This document shows positions 1-14,468 of a DNA stretch of 24,362 nt, in pieces. Every line of letters starts with the position of its first letter. Position 1 is the stretch's first letter. The translations under genes and the position numbers were made by a program. The stretch covers positions 310,001 to 334,362 of the forward strand of contig KZ537965.1 in the NCBI GenBank assembly GCA_000934665.2, given 5' to 3'. The notes under the pieces were generated by a model, which saw only the letters and a list, made by a program, of their open reading frames with translations, made no database searches and was not told the origin of the DNA. The stretch comes from Catajapyx aquilonaris. Taxonomy: Eukaryota.

Positions 1-740
1 CTGCTTACATACCCCCTTTAAATGGTCGGTTCCATCACTTTGGAGACGTTTTTTTTAATTTCGACGGCAGTTTTTGGGGGGATTTTCTGACTTGTTACTT
101 AGGGTGGAATGTGCTTTCAAATATCCCAATGCTGTGCTGGAGACGATACGTGCATACGAATTGGTGGCTGAAATTGTTAAGTATAGTATAGTGGATGTCG
201 CAAAAACTGGCGTGGGATCTTTCCTTGATCACGTGCTACTTACTGCTTTAAAGTGTTTTTGTCCGTTATTTTTAATGGGTTGAATTCATCTGATGTAATT
301 GCAAATGGCAGCAACATTTAGCTGATTTCTAGATACCGGAACCACTGATTACGTTATCACTCATGGGATAATTATTTTCAAACATATTTATGAAAAATAT
401 TACTCGACCATCGTAAGGACCATATAATATTAAACAATATTGACCAAAATGTGGCCTGCATTTCAATAAGCCTCCAACTATTATTATTGTAGTCTCTCAT
501 CTCGTGCGCAGTATTGTAATTTATTTCTTAAAATTATTTTATCCTAGCCATCTTGCCGTGAGCTATTTGTCAAGTAATTGCGTAGAGTGTGGGAATATAT
601 ACATAACTGGTATAATAATGGGCCGACAAATATGCAAAATAATAATAGCAATTAGGTAATAAAACTAAAGCCTTGCGATTGTTGACGAATGCATTAGGAA
701 TAAAACTTTTTATGGAGCACGTGGTGCCCGCTGCTTTTTT

Positions 741-756
741 TCTCTCTCTCTCTCTC
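741..756. repeat. (TC)8 microsatellite
   Basis: TCTCTCTCTCTCTCTC following a T run. Confidence 0.85.
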
Positions 757-3700
757 AAAGCTAAGTTATCCTTGACAATTAATTATTATAATTTAAATAT
801 GTGGCAAGTCACTACCAATAACTTATTAGGCTCCGTTAGTTTCGTAAGGGCAACTTCCTGGTGTAGGTTTCGTTTAAAAAATGGCGCTGGAAAGCTATCC
901 CAAGTCTAGAACTTTGCGGCACACGCCATCATGAAAATTTTAAAATATGCCTGCAAACAATTTTTCAATGAGCTCCGGCCCCGTACATGTGTGTGGGAGG
1001 ATACATACATGCAAGTCACTTGAAGGTCAGCACATTGAGGAATTGACGTAGAATATTAGATAACCGTATTACCATGGACACTTCTGGGAATACATTACTA
1101 ACAACAGACCGACACGTGACAAATTGAACTGTTATTATTAAGTATAGGCTCATGAAGTCAGCATTTTTTATCTGATGAACCTTGCGTGTGATGATGCCCC
1201 TTTAAGAAAAACCGAAGGTAAAAAAAATTGTTGTCAAGAAACCTGGCGCCATGTACTATAATTGATTTTTTTTCTTCTTCAGAAGAATAGCGTATTGGAA
1301 GTAATGCTCATTATCACTTTATTTACGTCCCCAATTGACAAGAGTGTGCTTAACGCACATTTTTTTCTGATCCCCTTGCAAAATATCCCCTGGTAAGTTT
1401 ATGCAACAAGAGTGGCTTACTGGGTCTTTGCACACTACGCGAGCACCTCGCACGGCAGCAAAGCCCAGGAATTAGAAATGTAAACTCCGGAGCTTGTCGG
1501 AGTGTGTCGTACTCGAAAAGGTGTACTACTCTAGATAGTACAACCACTTTTCAGGCTACAGTTGGTGCCAAAAGCCTTTTCACGTCCCAGCATAAACGCT
1601 GACTTCATTTTTTTTCAAGTCTTTTTTTTTGTCCTCTTCTTTTCGGCCAGCTCGGCATTCATTAGCACACCATTGACGCCACAAGTCCTCCGCTAACTTG
1701 GGGAGAAAATACGATTCTCCACGTGCGAAGGATGTGACATTGTTGGGGGTCGTAAATTGACTAAGAGCATCATCTGGGCAGAAAAATACTTGGGAGGTTT
1801 TTCCTAGAAAACTGAGCTGTAAATAGCTCCTTGACACGGATTCTGCGAATTGGTTCTCCTAATTAATCCGGGCTCACAGAATGTGCAGAACTATTAGCAA
1901 AAATAGCTGGCGAGCAAAGAGCAGGTGACGTGAACACGTGTTAAGCGTTTGTTTTCATCGTCCTCATTCCGCCCCCACACTTGTGTTTTTGCAATATCCG
2001 GATGCCCAATCTATGGCGTAGCAAAAAGCTCAGGTCTCACTTCGCCTAAATAGTCTTCATGTAAACCGGAGATGGCACAGGATTGGTGCAGCCTAATTCG
2101 GTGACGAGCCGTATCTATTGTAGTGTGGGCTTCTCACTTCTGTCGGTGCCAAAAAATCGCAGAGTATAGTACTTCTTCTGAAATATAGCAAATCTGTTGC
2201 TCCGATAGTCGCCAATATAGCAGCGAACAGTCTTTACCTATTACAGAAATGTGAAACATGCAAACAGCTGAAGTTCAACAATGTGTGTTAACAATGTAAG
2301 GTCAAAATACTGGTTGTTCTGAAAATTTTCTTCTGAAAATTCTGTCTTGAGATGTTTTTCAGCGAACAAGGTCTATGTCGAGGAATGACCTCGCGTGGAA
2401 GCAGCAATTGCGCCAACTCATGTAATACTTTGTTTGTACAAATCGCATGTGTTGCTCCACACCGCCCACCGAAACTTCTGCACGTGTAAAAAAAAACTGT
2501 GGGCTCCTTATTTTTTTTCTTCAAAGTCTCCCCAGCTGGGCGCCAATGAGCCGTATGCATCTCCATATTTTAAACACCTGCACGACGAATAAGTAGAGCA
2601 CATTTTGCTATTCAGACTAATAGGCGGGGCAGACTTTAAAGCCGTCGGCATCAATTTTCACTCATAATTTGCATTCAATTGGTGGGTTACTTTAAAACAT
2701 AATTCGCACTCAAATTAATGCGAATTTTTGCACATATTATATGTAGATTTTCCAGGGTCCGAGTGTGTACCTGCGAAGTGGCTTCCAGGCAGGTAGACAG
2801 GTCGTGGCTGCACCGATTATGTACCCAGAGCTTTCCAAGGGGCGGCCCCGGGTTTTGCATGACCACAAGAGCGTGGTGCGCCCTGGAAAGGCCATGCACA
2901 GGGAGATGTAAGGGATTCTAAATATCCCCAAGCTCCCCTTGACAAGCAGGAAATGAAGCGAATATCCTGTAAGCCTCAGCCTGGGATCCGTGACTAATGC
3001 AAACAACCCTCTGGACGTAACGTCGTCGGAAGGAAAACCTTCCTTGGACTGCCTGCCTACACATTGTTCTGATAATTACTGATCCTAATACCTGGCATAC
3101 CGGGTCATCTCATGGATTTTCATGACCACGTATAGCCTTTGCTGTGTGGCCATGAAAAAAATATCGAGCTCGATTTGGCTCCTTGCTGATTGAGAAACTT
3201 TTCAATGTTGGAAACAACAGCTTGCATTATTTTTTTTGTGTGTGTGGATGGCCGTCTTTTCTTTGGACTAATTTGACTGCACAGGTGCTGGGAACTTGGG
3301 CGTTTTCAGCAAAGGTAGCTCCATTCCCCACACTTGGGAGAGAAGACTGCTTGCTTGCCAGGAATACAAATAGTGGGTCCAAACCCACTGTCGTGCAGTC
3401 GGCATCACAAACCCCGGTGGCCCATTGCAAGTTGCGTCGAATTATTTGCACAACCCTGCAAAAGGGGGGGTTGGTCCTGGGGAAGTGTATCCACTGCCAA
3501 TTAATATGGAAGCGCCTCTCGAATAGCAAGTACCACGTCTGATTTCGGGGGAGTAAATGAACCTCCTCTAGTATAGCCACTTTTCGCAATCTGCAGCACA
3601 TCTTGGTCTCTGAAGGGAATGTGATTGAAACGTGGCGGAATTTAATCCCCTTAATGTGATGAGAAATTGTGCTTTAAAAATGTGTGCGGGGACCGAATTC

Positions 3701-6306
3701 ACACAAAAAAATAATTTAGAGCCCAATTATTGATCCAGCTTCAGACATACATAGTGTATAAGACCATGAGTAATCTGAGCAGCAGCGAGCAAGCACCTTT
3801 TGGCATAGTTTGTGCAAGCAAAACTAGTAGAGCAGCAGCTCGTGCCCTTTGCTTGCTTGCAAGAGTCTACCTCGAGGGGGACATAAATCATTCGAGTCCA
3901 ACAGCTGCTACCATGCATTTGGGCGGCCCACCTCATGCCAGACGCCTTTTGGGCGCGTGCTGCTGCTTTGCTGTATGGACGATCTCTTTACAACAAAAAA
4001 AAGAGTGGAGTATGACAATTGAAACTGGAACACATCCTTTAAAAAATGCGAATAAATAATTCAATTTTTACCACTACTCTATAGCGACTATCGATGTCGC
4101 AACTCCGACACATTGTGGGCCTCCCAATAATAGACGCCAGAATGACTATACTGTCACAGCAACCCCTCGGACCATTAATTTGCCGCTTACTTTATTCAGC
4201 GCACTTGTGATCATGCAACCCATAAAGCACACCTGTCTACCTGCCCCAGAAGGCTGTCCTTGTCGTTGCGAAATAGATCGAGTGGCTTCCATTTTTTTCT
4301 TTTTTTCTCTCTATTTTCCACCCCCTTCCTCTCTCTCGCTCTCTGAAAGGTAACACGACGCAAATACCATCGACAAGGCATTCAGAGGCCCCTGAATTCC
4401 CCCAGGTGTCCCATAGGTGGTCTGGGCTCATTGAATAAATCTGGGTTCCAGCCAATAATGAACATGTCATGCGTCCAAGAGTGTTTGTTTTTGCCAAGGA
4501 GACGCAGAAAAATACCTCCACGTGTCTACTATACACCTTGGCCTTCCTGGAGCAACAATCAATATACCCAGGGTACTTGCTCCAAATCAATTTTCATGTA
4601 AACACACACACTTTTGTTTCCCCGCCGACCCACATTGAGTAGATCGATCCTAGACCTACTGGATTTTGTTTTGTTGATGGTTCTATTTTCAGGTGGGGGG
4701 AGAGACTAGTGTACATTTTATCTTATGCTTTTGATCGAGGCTAGAACGTAGAAAGACCAAAATAATAAATGACTGGGTGGGAAATGGGCAGGAAGGTCTT
4801 TTCAGGCTTAGACCCAAGGACGTGATGCTGGTGGATGGTTATAGAGCTAACTGCACATCACGGAAGTTTATTCCTTTAGGTTTTTTCCGATTTAAAAAAA
4901 AACATTGTGTGGTCTCTACTTATACTGCAGTTGTCTAGATTTCCGCCTCGGCCTTGGCTTACTAGGAAATTAATTTCAATGGTACGGTGCCTAAGGTTGA
5001 GGCCGTCACGCGACTTTACTGCGTTTTAGGCTTTTAGCTGCCTACTTTCCGACCGACAAAGCCAGCCTTCATTGTAGTAATATAGAGGGATAGGTAAGGG
5101 TTTGGCGTGCCACTCAATCAATATACTTCGAGACGCAACATACGCGTACCGTATATGTATGTCTGATGAAGGAAACATGTTGCTGAATTCGCAAGTGAAG
5201 GTTAATCCAGGGCCCCCACAAACTCTACCAGCCGCATAATAAATTGCGCATTAAATTCGCAAGTCGAATCAGCGAGGAATATTTTAAGAAAATTAGATTC
5301 TCATTTTTTTGGCAGCAACTTCAGTTAATTATGATGTAACATGTATGACCCAAGTCGATTTTGACAGAATGTGCGCAGGGGAATCGGGTTGATCAATTGT
5401 AATGATGATAGGGACATTGATCAGTTTCGACCACCCTGATAAACATGTCCTTGTGCCCTACAAACCTGTGGGCTGTACAGTGTTTGAGGGTGAATCAAAA
5501 GTGCAGGAGCCAAATTGTTACTCTATATTTGGAAACAGCTGCGTACGATATCCAGCGTATCCTAACTTTTCTGGAGCGTGATTCACAGCTCCAGTAACTC
5601 GCTAAAAGTTCCATGGCTTTAATACTGCGCTGGAGCTAAAAATATAACCTTTGATTTAATAATACGCAATAGATTCGGAATTTGGCCAAATAATATTAAA
5701 GGAAAAAAAATACGATGCGCTGCAATAAATTGGACACAGTCAGCGATGAAGGCCATAATTGTCTGACCATAATTCAATTAAAGGGAAAATCTCAAACAGC
5801 CACAAATTGAGCATAACCTAACATAATCAATTTTATGCTCAATTTGACTAAAGATGGTGTGAACATCACGCACGTATGTTCCGCTGCCTAGCAGAATAAC
5901 TCCGAACGAAAGTAACACGGCATTAAAAAAGTGTGGTTCGTGCGTTTCTCTATTCAGCCTGAAGGTTGCACAAGCGATTGCTGAAAGCATAATTGTAGCC
6001 ATGAAGTCCAGAACATGTGCAATAATATCACGACATACAGCCAGTATATTTCCTGCGCTGAAAAAAAAAAATGATGCAACAAAACGGGACATCCACGGAA
6101 ATACGATTTTCCCACGGACTCTAGACTCGCAAAAAAATATATATATACCACGTGCATATTACAATGCCAAATCTGCAGACTATACACGAAGCACGTAGAA
6201 TTCATGGGGACTACAATACTATCGCTTGGCTCTCTCTTCTTTGCATGGAACAGAAGTGGGCCGGACAAGGTTGCTCGTAATTAGCATCCCGTTTGCGGGA
6301 TTTCAG

Positions 6307-6332
6307 CACACACACACACACAACACACACAC
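6307..6332. repeat. (CA)n microsatellite, interrupted once
   Basis: CACACACACACACACAACACACACAC. Confidence 0.9.
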
Positions 6333-9300
6333 TCGCCAAACCCAGTGCCTTTTAGCTACGTAGTAGTACGGCCTTGCCAAGGACTCCCAATTTTTTATAC
6401 TGACTGTTACAACAACCACGTGAAAATGCTGCGGATTGAATGTACCTTTTTTTGTCCATTTTGGCTTTAAAAAATTGCAATGAGCATGTGACACTTCCGC
6501 ATTCTTACAAGCTGCGTCTTTGTCTTTTTTAAAAAAAATTCGACCTTGCTGATTTTTCTGAAACTAGCCAAAGAGAGCAATGAGGCATATATATTTTTTT
6601 TACTTTTATTAAACTTGTTATTTATTTATTTATTTATATATAGCTTTGCACCAGCGACCTGTGGCTTCCATCTGTTGGGGACCTTCGAGGGAATCGATCA
6701 GATGACATAATGCAGTGCAGCCCGGATGACATAGTGCGGTAAGCAGTACGGCATAGCGCCTAGATATAAATAGATCTGTTTGTATCTCCTAGTTTATGGG
6801 GGAATAACCGCCTGTAAATCAAACTAGAAACATGATTTTTTTTCTCTCTCTCTCTCTTGCTCGCTCCAAAAAAAATGAAGCTGAGCATACAATATCCGAT
6901 GTGATGGACTACACCAGTTTCTTGGTTAACTCTTGCTGCATAACTTTGCTTTTACGTAACCTTCTTTGGTAAGTGAGTTTTCCCACCCCATTATAGCGAA
7001 GAGGCCCTTTCCTCATCTCGAAAGCAGAGAGAACGCAGGGCCCACTATTACGTGAGAGTGCTCCTAGCTGCTGTTATTTGCAGGGGGCGCGGTTTGAGGG
7101 GGTGGAATAAAACAAGAGGCTGGCTTGGGCTTCTCTAGTTTTTTTTTTTGAGAGGACTAAAATAGCCGTATGTGCTGTAATAGTAACGTAACCAGCAACC
7201 GGAAAAGCATGGCCGTGAACCGCCAGGATATGAAACGCATAGCATGTGATCATGGCTGGAAAGAGATGCGATTTTTGGTGCTCAGTGTGCGTAATGGGAG
7301 AACCGGAAGAGTGGCAGACACAACATGCGATAGCATTGCATTATGTCAGTTCAATGGAATGTTCAGGAGAGCTAAATGTGTGTGTGTGTTTTTTTTGTCT
7401 GTCTATAGATCAAGTTGCACTATTTGGTCTTCTGCCTCCGAACACAAAGCTAAAAAAAAAACATTAGAAGCAAATATAAATTTTTACAACTTTTCTCTTG
7501 AGGTTGTTTAAAAGTGGGTTAGAATTTCTGGATGTGCCATCAAACTTTTTGCGTTACCATGGGCTTCTAGACAGGGAATTACAACCAGTACTGATATTAC
7601 CAATTTATGGCGCTAATTTGTCTTTTTTAAGCACCTGATCTTTCAAAAAACTTTTATTGGAGCAGCCAGGACATTACTTCCAATAGGTGTATTAGATTGA
7701 ATGTTCTTGTTGACCACTGCAGGTCTGGTCTTCCAAAAAAAATTAGTTCAGATCTTGACCTCAGATTATATCGTATTTTTAACGTTCATCTGACGTAACT
7801 GGTGCTTCTATTTAATTTTAATTTTTTAAAAAATCCTCAGACAACATGGTAGTTAATGGAAGGGTTTGTCCCCTCTTTGTGGTCGTATCTTGGAATGTTT
7901 CGATCGTGGTTACGCTCGTTGGTGAAGTGCATTCTAGTGATCCGGCACTCTCAAGTGGTTTGTATATTCCAAAGGAAAGATGCCAGAGGGGGATAGAACT
8001 TAGCACCAGCCTCTCAGAAGGATTGTTGCGGTCAGCACCACCCTTTGTTAAGTCCGGAGGCTACACTCTCCTCTACCCCTAAAAGGCTCATGTTTACCGC
8101 CACCCTTCCCTGCAAATTCAGAGTAAAATTACAAGCCTCGCATTAATATGAACACGCTGAAAAATTAATGCATTTCATCTCCTAAGGATATTTTAAAAAT
8201 TAGTTCATTTTTTGATGACATGTCCATGTCTACCAAAAAAAAAAATCCTGAACTTTTTAATCCGTTTATTGTTGTTGGACGTTGCTAGGAACAATTCCTA
8301 TATCATTCGAGGTGGAGACGACGCGACTCCGACGAACCTTTATGGTACCTAGCGTCCCTCCTTTCCCCCCCCCCCTTTATATTCCTCATTCCCCCCCTCT
8401 CTTTATGGAGTAAATTAAAAGAAAGGGCAAAAAACTCGGGACCGAACCATGTCATGCCTCAAGTTCAGTTCGTGTTGCTTTCGTATGCAATTCGTGTTTC
8501 GAGAAAATTAAGTTCTTGGGGTGATAGAAGGGAAAGAAGACATGTGAATACCTAATCCGGGCGATGTCTCCCTGGAGGAAGAGCAATCCGGGAGCTGAAA
8601 GATTAGCAGGCGAGAATTTGTTGTCTTTACCCCCCAGCACAGGTCGCGTGTCCGTCCTTTTATTCTCCAAGGTACAGTTTGGCCTTTACATTTAAAAAAA
8701 TCAGGATCTAATCACCGTCCTAATTTGCGAAATGTGAAGTCCTAATTAAGGGATCCCCCAACACCTTCCCCGTTTTCTTTTCTTGGCTGCAATTTTTGGG
8801 TCTAAAAATGGCGACCGGGGGGGTTTGGCCATCACCCTACCGGATTTTAGCTGGTGTAAAAAGCACCGCCTGTCGTCTTTTTGATCGAAGCCCGTGAAAA
8901 ATGAACCAGGAATTAACCCAACGACGTCGGAGGTGTGCCAATAAAGCCAGGAGCCGTTGCTGGGGATGTCGGCACGAAACGAATTGTTGAGGATCATGCC
9001 AGCCCAACCTTAGCCCTTATTCACGCACAGAATTACACACACAAAAAAATTGTAAAAAAACAAAAAAGTAATTGCGTGCGTTCTGGGTGGGGCTTTAAGA
9101 CGCTCTTAAGTCTTGATTTATGAGAGCTGAGGTTTAGTTAAAACAGCTAATAAATACAGGGCAGTTTGTCTTCGATGACAAGTAGAGGTGGGGACGTTAA
9201 AATGAATTGCTCTTTAAGCAAATTTTTTTTTACAGACCAGTGCGTGTGTTGCTCACTTTTGAACGGCAGTGTCGCGAAGGCGCTAAATAGGTAGTACATC

Positions 9301-9785
9301 ATTTTATATGACCGGTACTTTATGTCATTAACACAATGTCAAATTGATCTACAAAAATTTGTATATTTTGATAACATTTCAATTGGGGGGAAACATCTGA
9401 CCCAATATTGCATACACCAAGATGTTTACAACTTTTAAAAAATCAGGGCGAATATTTCTTGGGTCGAGGTCTGTGTATATATTTCTTTTCTGATTTGCTG
9501 GAAACGATTCCATTGCCGAGTATGAAAAATATGGTCAGGCAGTTGTTAGCATCTTGCAGATTCTTCATGCATGCTGGAAGGAAGACACGCTCCGCTAACC
9601 GTGAACTGATAAAAGGGGAGCAGAAGCTGAGTTTTTTTTCTCTCTTCTTCTTTTGCTTTTTTTTCCTGAAGCATCAAGCGTAAATGCGCGGAAACGCGTA
9701 TTTCACAGCGTAACTTTATCTGCAAAAACGTCTGATTGATATATATGCCTACTGAAAAGAGAGTAAACCCACCGGCCGCAGTTTT

Positions 9786-9801
9786 TGACCTGATATGACC
9801 C
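9786..9801 (-). promoter_or_regulatory. Consensus DR4 nuclear-receptor element (TR/RXR or LXR/RXR type)
   Basis: The minus strand reads GGGTCA-tatc-AGGTCA, two RGGTCA half-sites spaced by 4. The motif match is exact; function is unproven. Confidence 0.3.
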
Positions 9802-12800
9802 AAAAAATTTCTGGCGTAATCTAGAAACTTGCTATCCGCGCTGCAATTACATCCAAGCGTAATTGCAATTTCCGCCACTTAAGAAGTCTGGCTTAGCTGA
9901 CTTTCCCCCCCTCCTACCTTTTCCAACCATGTATATATCTCAACATGGAGGATGATGATTCGAGCAAAATTGTATTAGCGAAATGAACAGGTTCCCGGAG
10001 TGTTCGAAAAGCACACGTGACCAAGACTCCAAATGAGCCTAGAGACCTCACATGTTGTTGTGATGTGTAATAAGCCTTCACTTAATGCGATATGCATTAA
10101 CATGTTGGCCCCTGTTATTAGAGTAATTGGGAGAGGTTAGGACATGCACGCGATGAGCGCAACCAAATTGGGCGCTACCGTAAGAGTTGAAAACATGTAC
10201 ACAACATTATACACCCCCCCCCCCAAAAAAAAATGTATGTTGTGTGTGTGTGGGGGGGGGGGGGAAAAGAACCCAAAATAAAACGCACGCAGATCCGGCT
10301 TTAATTTGTGCCCCGCATTTCACGCTGGTTGGTGTAATTAGGAGATATGCGATAAATTTGGTTAGAGTGCTGCAAGGCACATTGTGCAGGACTGCACCCG
10401 CTGGGGGTAGAGAGAGGCTGGAGACAATTTCCATTAGTTGCCTTGTAATTATTCCCTACTTAGCTGATGCAGTAAACTGCAGGTTTATGACGTTTTATGC
10501 TTTTAAACCAGCGGAAGCTTTTATAGGAAGGAAATTCAAACGTGCAGATAAGTTCAGGTTTACTTACATATGGAGAATGGAGAGTTAACCACATGGTTAG
10601 TTATCAAAAGAAAATTGAGCACGTGCTTAACTACAAGTTTGCGGATTTTTTTAATTAAAAAAGGATCGATATCATAATCGCAAAGCTTGTTTTTTTTTAA
10701 AAAAAAAGGAGTGGGGGTCAAAACTGGACACAGTTTGGGACCAGTGTTGAAGAAGGTGTGTACGTACCGATGTGTGTGTTTGTTTCGCAATCTTCTGCAC
10801 GAAGCCACCGGTTTTGAATAATGGGCATGCAAACCTTGACCCACTTTCTTTTCTTCCGCAAACTGCGCGCTTGTTGTGGCCGAACTAAAATAGAATCGTG
10901 GGAGGAGGAGTAAAGGATCGATGATGGAGTTATGTCATACCCCCTATAAACCACAACTATACAATTTTGGCCACACTCTTCACCAATTTTATTATTAATA
11001 TTTTTTTGACTTTTCTGGAGAACTATATGGAGAAAAGTCACATTTTTTCATGTTTTAGCAGATTTTTTAGATAAGCAATTCCAGTTTTTTGATGGGTTCG
11101 TTGTGGATTTATGAGTGGGTCCTACCCGGTCGTGGGGGCTCCGATCGCTGTATTAATTTATAATAGGCCTATTGACAGAATGATGTCACTAACCCGATTT
11201 TGTTCTCTCGTCCCATGTTTTGCTCCATAAATAATGCATGCTTTAGGGGAGACTCTTCGTCCCCCCAATTCAGGATCAGTCAGGTCTGAATTCATTTGGT
11301 GAAGGGGGGAGGAAAAGGCCGTGTATAGAGAACAAAAGTTGAGGCCAAAAAAATTGGGTAAGTCACCTAAGAAGCGAGGTAAATATTTGTGTCATCATTT
11401 ACGTGCAGGTTTATTACGGCTGGGAATAAATCAGGCGGAAAAGTCTGTGTCGCCTTTTCTGAGAACTGTTGATCTTCAAGCCATGGGATGAGATAGAAGG
11501 AAAGAGGGGGGGCACAATACTCCAAGTCTTGTTGACACGTAGAATCAATCCTGCAGTATTGCGTCGTCCTCTCTCTCTCTGTCTCTTGACAAATGATGTG
11601 AGAGAAGGTACTTTCCAGTTGTCGGCTCACTGTAATTTGCCTCGATGGCGTCTTTTGCAGCGCAGGTGCGGCCTCCACCCGACAAACGGAAAAGGAAAAC
11701 AAGGCTGTGCACACGTCAACACTTGATCTCACTATTGTCATCATCATAGCTGCAGGCTGCACAGCCTTTGGAGGTGTCACCATCTGATGAAAAATCGCTC
11801 TGATTTAGACTACAAAAAGCAATAGCACACTGTGTCGGCATTCCCTTGTCTGAGCCTATTTTATGATTAAGTTACGCGTACTGTGTAGTAACTTGAGACG
11901 TAGTAACCTGGCCCTTGATACTACATAGGTAAGCAAGTTGTCAACAACTGTCAAGTTCGTCCTTTGTGCTCCCTAAGGATATATTTGTCCCTCGTCCCCC
12001 TTAATTTGCTCCGGTTCTTGGTTTAATCAGCGAGGGGATCAACTTCTACTTGTAATTGACCCCAAGCGGACATACGTAGTTTCTCCTGGAAAATAAAAAA
12101 GACGTATACCCTTAGGGAAGTGCGCATTGTCATAATTGGCCATTATCGCTTCCAAAAACAAGCAACAAGAGTACGTTGCGTATATTGTATAGCTATAGTC
12201 AGCAACAGGAGACGCGCAATATCATGAAAACATGCTGACCGGACCTTATACAGTATAATATATTAAGTGATAAATGTGTATGCATCTGAATCTATCAGGC
12301 GATCAAAAATACATTTCAAATCACATGATGACAGAAAAATAATTTTGCTTTGTGTTACTTCCCTCTCGGTAAAATTTTTTGGGGGGAAATGTCTGATCCT
12401 GTCTCATATGGAGTCAAGTCGCGACCGGATATCCCTGGATGGCCTTTGGGACTTGGTCGAAGGAAAAGGCCAAACTGATGATGGAATTTTCATCGCGGAA
12501 GCCACTGGTGCACCAGCGGGCTTGTGGTTGACCTCCATTGGATTCTACGACCATGAGAGATTTTTGCTTCCATTACGTCAAAAGAACAAAAATTTCAACA
12601 CTCAATATCGCACCTGTCAGACTCTAAACAGCAAAAGCAATCTCGCAGCCAAGATTAATTTGCGTCGGAATAGTGCTACACTATGTGCACTTGGTTACGC
12701 AATGCAAATATTGTGAACAAGTGCAAGCTTGCGTTCTCACGCTAACCTGTCCTTCAGGTGTCTTTACCACGGTGAATTGAGGACGTTGAGGCAGGGTCGT

Positions 12801-14468
12801 GAGGCAGACAAGGTCGATTCCGCAATTCAGGACCCTGTTGTTACAACACTGGGGAAACTTATTTTTTACAACTCAGATTTATATAAAAAAATGATGACAA
12901 TTGGCATTATGATGCGTAAATTAAAATGCGCGCTTTTAAATCATTGTAATTGTGAATCACAATAGGCTCCGAACATCCTTGGATGGATATAACTAGGTAT
13001 AGCTTGCTAGTCACGTTTTTTTTTTGGTGATACTTGGAGGTGTAATTTAATATCCGTAACCGCAATTTCTACTCCAAGGCCTGTAAAGTATGGGCTTTTG
13101 TGTATACGCACTAGGTTCCCCTGCATTTCTAAATAGGTTTCTGGCCTGCATAAAAGGTGGTGAAGAGTATAGTACGTAATCTTTTGTATAAAGGAACATA
13201 GGCGGGAGGGGGAGTCTACTTCTCGTATAATACTGTCATTCGGTAATCTGTTCAAATTATCCCGAACAATGATAGGGAACCATAGGATTATTCGTTCAGT
13301 CGAGGCAAAATAAGCCGAGTGTGGCGTAATTGGTTTCCCCGACCTGCTTTATCATGCAAATAAGACGGCGTTGCGTTTACGTTGACAAAGTAACATTAGC
13401 GCTCAAAATAATTGCGATTGAACCCTCCCCAACTTCTTTGTAGTGGGTTCCAGGCGAAAATTTTCAAGCGGAAAGCTTTCCAAAAAAAGGGGGTGATGGG
13501 GGGGGACAGTATTGAAAAGCTTGACAGTGTTGCCAATATTTTCTGGAAAAAAAAATTTACCAACTTGCCATAATGTGCATTTGCATCCGGGAGAGTTTTT
13601 TTTTTCTCTCCCAAAAATATAGCCACCGGCCATGAGTGCGTCCATCAACATGTCCGTACCGATTATTTGATTGGCTCTTCTCTTCCGCCAGCATTTGGTG
13701 TTTACCTCGGTCTAGTTTGCGTCAACTCGCAATATCCAACCTGGCACAACGGGCTAACCGGACGAGTGGGGGAGTGTATATCAAAGGCAGGACACCCCTT
13801 TGTTTGATTTTACCCCCGGTAGTCCACCAGGAATACTTTGCCTATGAAATCGTGTTTTCTCGGTGTTGTCCCTGCTCATAAGCCATCATTAGCTGGACAC
13901 AACATTTGATGAACCAACAGACTCGAGGATAAGAAAATTTATTTAAAAAAACATATGCTAATAATAATCTTACCCTAACGTGTGCTAAAATGTGCGTAAG
14001 TAAAGGAACACGCATTTGGAGGCACATTCTCCCCGGTTGGGCGCCTTTTCAGTGCCGCCTTCTTAACCCTATTTCATCCAGTTGGGTCATAAGTGTCATC
14101 GAGGGTCTTCATTTCCCTTGATTTGTGTGCAACGTGGGAATTGGAATTCCCTGCAAATTAATACCAGGTCCAGGTTCTAACCTCCTGGATTTCGAGCCGC
14201 TTTTTTTGTGTGCATATCCTTCCAAGTTCCGACGTGAAAGTTTACCATTAAATTTGCGATGCTTTCATCTGCATATGTTGTATAGACTGTAATCTGACAG
14301 CAGTTGGTGTTACTCAATTTGCAAACATCATGACAACCGTTAATATAAAACTGAATGTAACTGGCGTAATCTGCATTGTGAGGTAATGTAACGATGCTTA
14401 TAGAATTGCGGTAATTCTGTTACTCAATTTTGTAATCACATTTTGTACCAACTTGCTAGCCATGTGTA

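Noticed and set aside
1013..1029. DR5 retinoic-acid element AAGTCA-cttga-AGGTCA
   Set aside because: The first half-site deviates from RGKTCA, and such near-matches are expected by chance.
6701..6740. Degenerate direct repeat GATGACATARTGCRGT with period 24
   Set aside because: Only two short copies, consistent with a trivial local duplication.
11701..11768. AAGGCTGTGC...GCACAGCCTT, a pre-miRNA-sized inverted repeat
   Set aside because: Only a 10-bp stem, the 48-nt interior pairs poorly, and there is no match to a miRNA I know.
12430..12441. TAT CCC TGG ATG encoding YPWM, the Hox hexapeptide
   Set aside because: There is an in-frame stop about 11 codons upstream with no Met or good acceptor between, no nearby donor, and no homeobox in the window. 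Most likely chance.
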